Shown here: piece by piece, positions 24,931-38,000 of the stretch
Numbering within the stretch: position 1 is the stretch's first letter
Layout: each line of letters opens with the position of its first letter
Notes under the pieces: model-generated
What the model was told of the DNA's origin: nothing
The model's database searches: none
Seen by the model: the letters and a program-made list of their open reading frames with translations, nothing else
Assembly (NCBI GenBank): GCA_030141605.1
Contig: JAQGDQ010000574.1
Coordinates: forward strand, 1-64,000
Reading direction: 5' to 3'
Source: Tubiluchus corallicola
Lineage: Eukaryota; Animalia; Priapulida
Length of the DNA: 64,000 nucleotides
Made by a program: the position numbers and the translations under genes

Positions 24931-25369
24931 CTGTCTAGCACAAAAACATTTGAGACAATTTTCAGAAAACAAAGAATATACATAACATGGTTTTCGCATT
25001 TCATGATTTTGGCTGTTTTAAAGTCCCTATATTTAAAATGCATGTGACTTTGTTCCATATGAAATCCAGTCATGGTGTTTGTATAAATGAAGCAAAGCAT
25101 TGTTTATAAAGTTTGAAAAGTTTGCAAACTGGAATTGAGCACTCAGACAGGGTGGTGGTCCTTCCAGGGGGATCATACTTATCTTAATGCTACAGTTTTC
25201 CTTGACTAACATGAAAATTTCTTCAAAAAGCAACGACCTTTGTGACTCACAATAAAAACTAAAAATGTTTCGTATCATCCACACAATGTAAATGCACTTT
25301 TAAATGCTCACCATTTAGAGTCATCGTCATAAATGTGCTGCTTTTTGTACGACGTACTTCATTCAGAGC

Positions 25370-28050
25370 ACCAAACATGTTCACATGTTCATGGACCAAC
25401 AGTTTTGCTCTGTTCACATGTTCAAGGACAAACAGTTTTGCTCTGTTCACATGTTCAACGACCAACAGTTTTGCTCTGTTCACATGTTCAAGGACCAGAA
25501 GTTTTGCTCTGTTCACATGTTCAAGGACCAACAGTTTTGCTCTGTTCACATGTTCAAGGACCAGAAGTTTTGCTCTGTTCACATGTTCAAGGACCAGAAG
25601 TTTTGCTCTGTTCACATGTTCAAGGACCAACAGTTTTGCTCTGTTCACATGTTCAGGCCAAGTTTTGCTCTGTTCACGGTTCATGGACCAAAAGTTTTGC
25701 TCTGTTCACATGTTCAAGGACCAACAGTTTTGCTCTGTTCACATGTTCAAGGACCAGAAGTTTTGCTCTGTTCACATGTTCAAGGACCAGAAGTTTTGCT
25801 CTGTTCACATGTTCATGGACCAACAGTTTTGCTCTGTTCACCGGTTCATGGACCAGAAGTTTTGCTCTGTTCACATGTTCCAGGACCAACAGTTTTGCTC
25901 TGTTCACATGTTCAAGGACCAACAGTTTTGCTCTGTTCACATGTTCAAGGACCAACAGTTTTGCTCTGTTCACATGTTCAAGGACCAGAAGTTTTGCTCT
26001 GTTCACATGTTCAAGGACCAGAAGTTTTGCTCTGTTCACATGTTCAAGGACCAGAAGTTTTGCTCTGTTCACAGACCAGTAGTTTTGCCCTGTTCACAGG
26101 TTCAAGGACCAACAGTTTTGCTCTGTTCACATGTTCAAGGACCAGAAGTTTTGCTCTGTTCACATGTTCAAGGACCAACAGTTTTGCTCTGTTCACATGT
26201 TCAAGGACCAGAAGTTTTGCTCTGTTCACATGTTCCAGGACCAACAGTTTTGCTCTGTTCACATGTTCAAGGACCAGAAGTTTTGCTCTGTTCACATGTT
26301 CAAGGACCAGAAGTTTTGCTCTGTTCACATGTTCAAGGACCAGAAGTTTTGCTCTGTTCACAGGATCAAGGACCAGAAGTTTTGCTCTGTTCACATGTTC
26401 AAGGACCAACAGTTTTGCTCTGTTCACAGGTTCAAGGACCAGAAGTAATGCTCTGTTCAGAGGTGCATGGACCAGAAGTTTTGCCCTGTTCACATGTTCA
26501 AGGACCAGAAGTTTTGCTCTGTTCACAGGTTCAAGGACCAGAAGTTTTGCTCTGTTCACAGATTCAAGGACCAGAAGTAATGCTCTGTTCACAGGTTCAA
26601 GGACCAGAAGTTTTGCTCTGTTCACATGTTCAAGGACCAGAAGTTTTGCCCTGTTCACCGGTTCAAGGACCAGAAGTTTTGCTCTGTTCACAGGTTCAAG
26701 GACCAGAAGTTTTGCTCTGTTCACAGGATCAAGGACCAGAAGTTTTGCTCTGTTAACATGTTCAAGGACCAACAGTTTTGCTCTGTTCACAGGATCAAGG
26801 ACCAGAAGTTTTGCTCTGTTCACATGTTCAAGGACCAGAAGTTTTGCTCTGTTCACACGTTCAAGGACCAGAAGTTTTGCCCTGTTCACAGGTTCAAGGA
26901 CCAGAAGTTTTGCTCTGTTCACATGTTCAAGGACCAACAGTTTTGCTCTGTTCACAGGTTCAAGGACCAGAAGTTTTGCTCTGTTCAGAGGTGCATGGAC
27001 CAGAAGTTTTGCTCTGTTCACATGTTCAAGGACCAGAAGTTTTGCTCTGTTCACAGGTTCAAGGACCAGAAGTTTTGCTCTGTTCACAGGTTCAAGGACC
27101 AGAAGTTTTGCTCTGTTCACAGGTTCAAGGACCAGAAGTTTTGCTCTGTTCACATGTTCAAGGACCAGAAGTTTTGCTCTGTGCACATGTTCAAGGACCA
27201 ACAGTTTTGCTCTGTTCACAGGATCAAGGACCAGAAGTTTTGCTCTGTGCACATGTTCAAGGACCAGAAGTTTTGCTCTGTTCACATGTTCAAGGACCAG
27301 AAGTTTTGCTCTGTTCACAGGTTCAAGGACCAGAAGTTTTGCTCTGTTCACAGGTTCAAGGACCAGAAGTTTTGCCCTGTTCACAGGTTCAAGGACCAGA
27401 AGTTTTGCTCTGTTCACATGTTCAAGGACCAGAACTTTAGCTCTGTTAACATGTTCAAGGACCAACAGTTTTGCTCTGTTCACAGGATCAAGAACCAAAA
27501 GTTTTGCTCTGTTCACAGGTTCAAGGACCAGAAGTTTTGCTCTGTTCACAGGTTCAAGGACCAGAAGTTTTGCTCTGTGCACATGTTCAAGGACCAGAAG
27601 TAATGCTCTGTTCACATGTTCAAGGACCAGAAGTTTTGCTCTGTTCACAGGTTCAAGGACCAACAGTTTTGCTCTGTTCACAGGATCAAGGACCAGAAGT
27701 TTTGCTCTGTGCACATGTTCAAGGACCAGAAGTTTTGCTCTGTTCACATGTTCAAGGACCAGAAGTTTTGCTCTGTTCACAGGTTCAAGGACCAGAAGTT
27801 TTGCTCTGTTCACAGGTTCAAGGACCAGAAGTTTTGCTCTGTTCACAGGTTCAAGGACCAGAAGTAATGCTCTGTTCACAGGTTCAAGGACCAGAAGTTT
27901 TGCTCTGTTCACAGGTTCAAGGACCAGAAGTTTTGCTCTGTTCACATGTTTGCAGGCCAGAAGTTTTGCCCTGTTCACATGTTTGCAGGCCAGAAGTTGT
28001 GCTCTGTTCACATGTTCGCAAGCCAGTAGTTTTGCTGTTCACATGTTTAT
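25370..28050. repeat. 33-bp minisatellite, about 80 copies
   Basis: Unit CCAGAAGTTTTGCTCTGTTCACATGTTCAAGGA; source of the 902, 655 and 473 aa repeat ORFs. Confidence 0.97.
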
Positions 28051-28863
28051 AAGTACATGCGATCAACACACGGCTGCTGCAGGGTCGTATTAGACCCACA
28101 CACGGTGCTTGAATAAAAACTTCAAACTCGTTTCAGTATCAATGCATGTTGGCAAGCAGCTACTGACTGCAAGCTCACTTACACTTGAAAGACAGAAAGC
28201 TAGTACAATAAGAATTTGATTCGACTTCTCATGACTGCGAAAAATTGAAGTGTAAATCGGGAAGCTTGACGCAAGAAAGTGTTAAATTTCACATGAAAAC
28301 TTTATTCACAAAACTAACCAAACTTTTAAATGTTGTTGTAGCGTCTCGAGACGACGGTAAACAGTGTTTTAATTCATTCAATGCCTTTGAAATGCAGATA
28401 TTTCATCAGAAATGCACCTGCTTTGTGACGGGGAATAAAAATTTCAAAAGTAAACAACCTTTTTAGCAATTACTGTAACATCTGAAATTGAAACAAACAC
28501 GAAAATATAAGAACAATAGAACATGCTTAACAATCTGGTATAGTATAAGAAATAACAAACAATCAATTGTGCAAATAAGTTCCAGTAAGATTGTACAGTA
28601 CAAGTCTATCCCTGTTCACTGCAGTGAATCAGTGATTGCATACAAGCTGCTGTCTTCTTTGCTCTCCTTTGTTCTTTTCTTTTCACTTCTTCACACTTTT
28701 TCCATTTTAGAGGAGCACACGATCTTTCTGATTCATTTCCACAAACTTTCCTAGTTGCGGAAAATATCAGTTTTTCACAATCCAAACGTCTGACGACCGT
28801 GTGCGACGATCAATCACACCGTATGCGTACAATCGGACTCGTATTCTTGCACTATCAGCACCA

Positions 28864-29093
28864 TTACGACTGCGTACAACCAGTTACCTTCTTCACACTG
28901 ATCCGACTGATCAGGTTACGTCTTTTACCCGACTTCTTCTTCGTGTGGCTTGGTGACGACTGCATGTCCTCACAGACCACAGCGTGCCTTTTAGCTGCTT
29001 CTGTAATAAAAACGACACGCAAATATTACCAGACGGTTTAGTGTAGTGGTAACGCGTTTGCTTTCCGTGTGGGAGGTCGAGAGTACGAACCAG

Positions 29094-29149
<56 letters not shown>

Positions 29150-31598
29150 CCTCCCTCCCTCCCTCCCTAGCCCCCTCCCTCCCTCCCTCTCTCCTCTCTC
29201 TCTCTCTCTCTCTCCCTCCCTCCCTCCATCCATCCATCCATCTATCTATCAGAGATGCTACAGTTTCATCGTTGCGTATGACTATTACGTACCTGTGTAC
29301 GATTCCATTTCTTCTTCTTCTTCCTCCTGAGGAATATCGTGCAAATCTTCTAAATATGGTACGACGGTCATGCTACGATATTCGTCCGGCATTGGCGGAA
29401 ACGTAACAAAGTCCAACGTTCTGGGATGTTTCTTCTTGGACCAGCTGAAAATTACAAATCGTTTGCACAACGTGGTAACTGTAGCAAGACAAATTTGCTT
29501 TGAAAAGTAACGTGAAAAGAATTACAAAACACTCAAGCTTTTTCAGTTCTTATTTTTATTAAATTGTAGTAAAATTAACTCAACTACTTGTCTGAACTTT
29601 TACAAGTTCAAGGTGGTTTTAGTAGAGAATATTTATATCTAAGAACATCATAATAAGTCTTCTCACGGTTTGACAGCTCACGCATCGGCACAGCGGTAAA
29701 TTTGAAATCTGAACATTTATCTTAAAACTTGCCTAGTTTTAGTACACCGCAATTAATATCTTACAGTAGCGCTGAACTTCAATTTTCGCTTTCGCAAATA
29801 ATGCGACACGCTTTTCAACACGCTCGTGAAATATTTTTGCTGCTGAAAATTATGTTAGTTTGTGATGTCGTCAATAGTTGGGCTCGCCCGCCTTTAATTA
29901 AGATTTTAATCTATTGTTCAATTATCAGAAACGCTTTTGCAGGATTGTTGGTGTTCAAATGTATATTTTTTACCGTAGCGGAAAATGGGGTAGCATATGA
30001 AAAATCATCCTGTCTTCCTTTAAATGAGGGAAAACAGTTAAAGCGGGTGCATGACTAGGATTAGAAACTCAAAGCTTCTTACTCATGATTCTTGATGCCT
30101 TGAATAGATAACCTTTCTACAGGATCCTGCTTTAGCATACCTAGAAAAAAACAGCAAAAAATATCTAGTGCACCGAAAGGTCGTTACTAGCAGCTGGCAA
30201 AGCAATGAGGTACAGAGGTACGAGTGTAAGGTACAGAGGTACGAGTATGAGGTACAGAGGTACGAGTATGAGGCACAGAGGTACGAGTGTAAGGTACAGA
30301 GGTACAAGGTACAGAGGTACAAGGCACAGGAGTATGAGGCACAGAAGTACGAGTGTAAGGTACAGAGGTACGAGTATGAGGTACAGAGGTACGAGTGTAA
30401 GGTACAGAGGTACGAGTATGAGGTACAGAGGTACGAGTATAAGGTACAGAGGTATGAGTGTAAGGTACAGAGGTGCGAGTATGAGGTACAGAGGTACGAG
30501 TATGAGGTACAGAGGTACGAGTGTAAGGTACAGAGGTACGAGTATGAGGTACAGAGGTACGAGTGTAAGGTACAGAGGTACGAGTATGAGGTACAGAGGT
30601 ACGAGTGTAAGGTACAGAGGTACGAGTATGAGGTACAGTGGTATGAGTGTAAGGTACAGAGGTGCGAGTATGAGGCACAGAGGTACGAGTGTAAGGTACA
30701 GAGGTGCGAGTATGAGGCACAGAGGTACGAGTGTAAGGTACAGAGGTACGAGTGTAAGGTACAGAGGTGCGAGTATGAGGTACAGAGGTACGAGTGTAAG
30801 GTACAGAGGTACGAGTATGAGGTACAGAGGTACGAGTATAAGGTACAGAGGTACGAGTATAAGGTACAGATGTACGAGTGTAAGGTACAGAGGTACGACT
30901 ATAAGGTGCAGATGTACGACTATAAGGTACAGAGGTACGATTATAAGGTACAGAAGTACGAGTATAAGGTACAGATGTACGACTGTAAGGTACAGAGGTA
31001 CGAGTATAAGGTACAGAAGTACGGGTATAAGGTACAGATGTACGACTATAAGGTACAGAGATACGACTATAAGGTACAGATGTACGACTATAAGGTACAG
31101 ATGTACGACTATAAGGTACAGAGGTACGACTATAAGGTACAGAAGTACGAGTATAAGGTACAGAGGTACGACTATAAGGTACAGATGTACGACTATAAGG
31201 TACAGAGGTACGACTATAAGGTACAGAGGTATAAGGTATTCTCAAGACAAAACTACAAATACCCGTTAATAAATCGCTAAGAAAGTGGTCACACTCTGCA
31301 GGTATTTCTAAATCTCCTTTGCCAATGTTCTCGAACAACTTGTATATAGTATCTCCTTCAAATGGATACTTTCCTGTCACTGTGTTGTACCTAAAAGAAA
31401 AATCATAACGTGAACAGCATGCGGTTATATGCAGAAAACGGGCTTGGATTGCAATTTATTATTGCACGAATTACCATTACTGTTACAATAGCGGCAAGGC
31501 ATTGTCAAATGCACATAAATGCGATGTCTGGTACACTTAACCCTTGACCTTTTCACGATCATCATCAATCACTGGAACTATGAAGAGAGAGAGGGAGA

Positions 31599-31645
<47 letters not shown>

Positions 31646-31815
31646 AGAGAGGGAGAGAGAGGGAGAGAGAGAAAAAAAGAGAGAGAGACGAGAGCGAGAG
31701 AGAGAGAGGGTGAGGGAGAGACGGAGAGAGAGAGAGAGGAGGGAGGGAGAGAGAGGGAGAGACGGAGGGAGAGAGAGAGGAGGGAGGGAGAGAGAGAGAG
31801 AGGGAGAGGGAGAGA

Positions 31816-31875
<60 letters not shown>

Positions 31876-31988
31876 GGGAGAGAGAGAGAGAGAGAGAGAG
31901 GGAGAGACGGAGGGAGAGAGAGAGGAGGGAGGGAGAGAGAGAGAGAGAGAGAGAGGGAGAGACGGAGGGAGAGAGAGAGAGAGAGAGG

Positions 31989-32020
<32 letters not shown>

Positions 32021-35000
32021 CGGAGGGAGAGAGAGAGGAGGGAGGGAGAGAGAGAGAGAGAGAGAGAGGGAGAGACGGAGGGAGAGAGAGAGGAGGGAGG
32101 GAGAGAGAGAAAGAGAGACTGATTACTGAGAATGAATCCTCAGTAAGGACTACTGATTAATGACGCTTCAAGAACAATCTCGCTTTACTGTTGCATCAAC
32201 TTTGTTTAGGCACCAAACAATTTAGCATCCATACTTCCGCAGCACCATAAGTAATTCCTTATTAACCAATTTCTCACAATGGAAAGTACAGTAAACAACG
32301 CATAACTCAAACTGGCATTTAACTCAAATTATTGAGTATTTCAAGTATTGACTAGTCTACTGTCAAACATTGATGAGTGACTCAATCTTGTTTTCTTACG
32401 AACAATGTCTAACTTGTACCCTCGCGTAACTTGAACAAATTTTCCGTCCCCGAGGTGTAAGAGTTGTACGAAGTTTACTGTAAGAAAAAACTTACAATGT
32501 TACCCCCGCAGACCAGACGTCTACTTTAAATCCAGGGAAGGTGTTATGACCTAGAGCGATTTCCGGTGGCTGGAACGCTGGTGAGCCTTGACTTGTACGG
32601 CAAATGTCGTCAATCGCAAACAAATCCAACTCCTGTTTACGTAGAAAATGAAAGACAACGATTAGAAAGCAGGCAACGTTGATAACAAGATTAAGAAATG
32701 CACAGTCGCGCACAGGAGATGAGCCTACTCCTCTGGGAATGTGTTTTACCTACAGTTGTGTGTCTTGCATCAGCCATACGTACAACCAGTGGAGAGTTAA
32801 TGTATTACATAGTCCAGTCATTGACAACCATCACAGTCGCGCACAGGAGATGAACCTACTCCTCCGGGAATGTGTTTTATCTACAGTTGTGTCTGTCTTA
32901 CATCAGCCATATGTGTAACCAGTGGAGAGTTAATGTATTACAAAGGCCAGTCATTGAAGACCGTGAAAACAATTGCACTGACATAAAAAAATTAGCAAAG
33001 ACACTGAAAAACTTTCTTATTCTCATCAAAGCTCAGACAGTTAACCCTTTAAATGCTTAGCCGACGGCTAACTGGTGTAACCGTTTAGAAAATCAATAAC
33101 CGTCCAATCGTTACTCAGCCAAGTTTTCTACGTATCTGTATTAATGGAACCTCGAACCTTTTCCGAGTTGGCGTAGGCAGTTAGCAAAATCCCGCTTACA
33201 TAAAATTGTACTATTCACAACATTATTTCAATTAATCTGGTTGCCTAAGAAGCAGCTAAATGGTAAATTATAAAAAGTTTTTCACTCGCGTATGTTGCGA
33301 GGATGCCACCATTCTTGCTGGCGCATGCTAGATTTGAACCGCATCGCTTACTCGTGCAAGGAATGAATGAACGAATGAATGTATGACGTCATCGAGGACG
33401 GTTACACGACTAATCAAACACAATTAGTAATGTTTAAACCGTTTGTAAAAAAGCCTAACTGTCTCAATGCTAATTCTTATCTATTATAAATATATTTCAC
33501 TACTTTAACTTAGTAAACGTCTTACAAGTAATACTAGTGTCACAATTTACCAGAAGCAATTTCCTTATACAAAAACATATACAGTAAGTCCTCGATTAAC
33601 GACTCCCCGTTTAGCGACTTTAACGACGCGGAATATTTGTCACCTTTTTTTCCCATCACTTAACAATGCACTGTATCGTTTTAACGAAGATTTCTTACTT
33701 TGCTAAAAGCCAAGTTTTTATTTTATCAACAATTTTTTTACCTAATTTGATGCATTAAGACGTACGTATTGCATTATTCTGTTCTAGAAACGCACTAGTA
33801 ACGTAAACAGAGCAATTATTATACAAATACATATGTTTTTGTTTCCCGGCTGACCACTAAAAGCTAGCCGTTTGTATAAAGCCAGATCTGGGAGCAAACT
33901 TTATAGAAAGGAATTTTGCCTCCAACCAGTTGCTATAGCAACCAGACTAAGCATCTAGATAAAATTCCCATGATCGCCCCAAAGCTTGGCTTTGACTCTG
34001 CTGCAGTGTTTATTGTTTGATGTTACGGAGACAAAAGAAAACAGTAGCTACATAAGTAAGATATATAGGTGGTTTCAAGCAAGAAGAAAGAAATTAATGA
34101 AGAGAAACACGAGTAAAACTCATAAAACTCTTAATTTAAATGATTTAAGCAGCATTGATTTTTGTCTCTGGAACGTATCTCAATTCTTTTACCTTACTTT
34201 CTAAGGAAGTTTTTGTTTCATTTAATGATACTTCGCTTAACATCGCATTTTGCTGGAGCACATTTGCGTCATTAAGCGAGGACTTACTGCAGATGTTAGA
34301 CGAAGTAAGACAGAATATTTAAACATTTTAAATTTTGATCAATACTTCTTTATTTATTTATAATAAAGATTACATTACCTTGCATCATTGGGTAATGTTG
34401 AGGACATTGCGTACTGCAGAGTTCTGAGCTGAGTGATGTAAGTCGATGGTGAAACCAGAACTCGTTCGCAATAGGGCTGAGAAAACTAGTTTTTTCAACT
34501 AACCGTTTGAGCGTTATTAATTGTGGTCAGTTAACTGTTTAACTCTTCCCTATGATGTCACACATACATTCATTTATTCTTCGCACGACTAAGCAGTGTG
34601 GTTCAAATCTAGCGTGCGCCAGCGAGAATGTCCAACATGGCAGGCATCCTCATTTGCATTATTAAGCGAGGACATACTGTACCAATCTGTAACAGAGAGA
34701 AAGCACTAATTGTTGTTTAGACACACCTCAGCCACGCCCAAGTCAGTAATCTTCATCGTCTCATCTGTTGTGAGTAAAAGATTTCCGGGTTTTATATCTT
34801 TATGAACTATATTCTGTGAATGCAAATATTCCAGACCATCAACTAGTTGGACAAAATACCTAGAAACAAACAAACTCTGTTGATAAACATAAAGATGTAA
34901 GTTATAAATGTGTGCTTGCATAGCAAAATCATCCGTAAGTTTTTCTAGTCATTCTTATATCCTGAATCTCCATTTCGTGAGGATCATTTTGATACCAAGT

Positions 35001-38000
35001 TCATCACTCTATGTTCTTTCTAAGCTGAGATAATCCACTTTGAAGTTGAGGTGCAGGCTACGCACTGAAAAACATAATCTTGAGAAAATCACTGTTAAAG
35101 TCAGTCATTGTTTTTGTCGCTTCTCTAAGGTCCACGGAGAGGAGTATCAACGAGTTAATTAGGAGTTCTATTTTCGGCAATTTTCACTTAGAAAACTACT
35201 GACGCAATGCCATTGTTGTGACGTAATCCATTATACTCTGTCTATAACCTTTTAACTTTAATTCAGTAAAAGCTGCTTTGCGTTAGGTAAGTAAACAAAC
35301 AGTAGGCAGGATGTTATGGGCTTTGTGTTATAAATGAGGACTAGGTAGAATGTTCGCGTATTATTGATTACACGTGTATTTATACGCAAAATCTTTTGCG
35401 GGGCCTTTGCTAGTCCATTATATTAATATTCTTGGTATATATATTTATATATAAGATTCGAGGCTACAGTTCTGACGAGGGCACCATTTGCGGCGATCTA
35501 TACATCAAACGAAAGGTCTCGATCTAGTGTCGTCTCATTGGGGGTTCATTTTTCGAATGGGGCCCACCGCGAGGAACAGGGGGCGAAAAACCTCCAAAAA
35601 TGGCCATTTTTCGGCCGTTTTTTGCAAAAGTTATACGGCTGAGATGTGGAGAACGGGAATGGGCCGAGGGTGGTGCTGGCTATGGATAGATAGCCCATTC
35701 AGCGATGGGTGTCATAGGCCTATTTAGAATTCGCGAGAGGGCCATGGGGTCCCGCAACGGGCGTTTTCCCGGACCCAACTCGCGATTTTTTCGAAATATT
35801 GGCCAAACAGCCTGCGGAAAAAATGTTCTAGCGGCGCCTGGTGAGACTCTCGGAAGGAGATATATAGCTCTTTAGAAAGAGGAAGAACGGGGCTACACGA
35901 TGGTGTGAGCTATATTTTAGGGCAGGTCCACCGAGAGGAGTACTGGCGAGTTAATTACATGTTCTATTTTCGACAATTTTCGCTTAGAAAACTGCTGACG
36001 CAAAGGCATTGTGCTGACGTCATCCATTGTACTCTGTCTATAATCTTATAGCTTTAATTCAGTAAAAACTACAGGCTTTGCCTTAGTTAAACAAACAGTA
36101 GGCATGATGTTATGGGCTTTGCGTTATACATGAGGACTAGGTAGGATGTTCGCGTATTATTGATTACACGTGATTTTTTACGCAAAATGTTTTGCGGGGC
36201 CTTTGCCTTTTCATAAACCAAGAACAAATAGTTTAGATGGATGATGACTGAGTCATAAAAACACCAAGTCAATTTTTCAATATTTGCTATCTAAAATATG
36301 AACTTCAAAACCTGAGAATACCATAACACTTACAATGAAACCACTGAAATAGCAAAACAGACCCACTACAAGTGGCATCAGAGCACTGAGAGCCATCTTT
36401 GAAATAGACAAGTTTTATTAATTAAAAAACTAACGTGCAATGACAAGAGCTGAGGTATCTGCATTCCATAGAATGATTTTCTCGATCCACCTGGCAATCG
36501 ATTCCATTAGACTCAGTATTAAAGCGACAACATCTGAGTGAACTATTACTAATGCTAACACAGTCGGCAGCACAAAAATGGGGCAAACAAAACAAATGTG
36601 TAGCAAAATAATAATAGATTACTGGTCAATATGCGGAACATTATGTCAGGTGAAAATACAGACAAGGTAATGGATTAGAAAACAATGCCATTGTAAAGAA
36701 GCCATCAGCAAAGTGTTTCTATGGTCATTTGCACTGCAAAGGGCACAGCACGACTACGTAATATGAATTATTTAATGTTCGATACAAAAACTTCACCAGA
36801 AAAAATGCAACGAAGGCCTGCATCATTTTTCAAATCGTGGGCCATAGTTTTTTATTTCCTTGGATGTTTTTGCATCAGAGGAACTTTGTGTCAAACCGAG
36901 GCACACGCCGGTAGTTTTCACAGTAATGAATATAATTTCTATGCATTTCATGGCAAAAACTCCAGCAAACACAGTTACTCACTTCATGGAGCAAAGCTGC
37001 GAGTGGGAATGTGGAGAGAAGATGCTACAAAGCCATTTCTAGATCAGCTGGTTATGATGCTCAGCGAAGCGGCAAACTTCACATACAAGGTGACATACAT
37101 GAAAAATTTGATAATTGTGAATAACGCAATCGAAACTGGAGAATTCGACTTGATACTGGCTTTAAATACAATGTTACCAGAAAGAGCAAAAACTATGACA
37201 TTTCTTCATCCAATTGCTTATGATTCTCACGTGTTTATCACAAAAAGGCATCAATTACAAGGTTTCAGTATAACAGACCCATTTTCCACACCTGTGTGGT
37301 TGTTTCTGGTATTATATGGCATAGCTGTAGGGCTGATACTTTACTGCATTGACTATAGTGAAAAGCTGCTGTACAAGGAGGAAGTGATTAGAAAATGCAG
37401 TAACTGTCAAATAAAACTGGAAAAACCGATGGCAAAGAAACAAAGTAAGGCATACTTCACTCGGTACACATTATCGTCATACCTTCAACAAGGTGGAACA
37501 TACCTACCACAGCGTTTATCTGCTAGGACGCTTATTGGATGGTGGTGGATTTTCGCTTGCATCATCACAGCCATGTACACGGGCACGCTGGTTAGTAAAC
37601 TATTTGTAAGCAAGCAAGTTTATCCGTTCACTACATTGCAAGAGTTAATAGACAGCGACATCATCCCAGTTACAATAGGTCAGCACAGCTCCACCATGCA
37701 AATGAAAGAGAGACCAGAATACAGAGAACTGTGGCAGAGAATGAAAATGGATCCCAATGTACCTGCTGACAATGCAGAAACGGCACTAGAGCTGACATCT
37801 AGTGGTAAATACACATTCTTTGCACGAAAGATTTATGCAAAACTGTATTTAATAAATGATTATGAATTATGTGGAAAATGCAGATTTTCCACTGCATTGC
37901 CTTCAATTTTTTCGACATCATCAGGATTAGTTGTACCAAAGAAAAGTAACTATACAGAAGTGCTAAATTTTGCTCTTCTTACACTAAAAGAACATGGCCT

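Noticed and set aside
25259-28099. Long repeat ORFs (902, 655, 473, 325 aa) as a novel repeat protein
   Set aside because: The 33-bp unit is a multiple of 3 and stop-free in several frames on both strands; frames swap at indels; no unique domain or splice context
30168-31380. 370, 397 and 354 aa ORFs
   Set aside because: 21-bp minisatellite translations; only 31263-31390 is a real STK11 exon
31519-32129. Arg/Glu-rich ORFs
   Set aside because: Translations of the GA microsatellite
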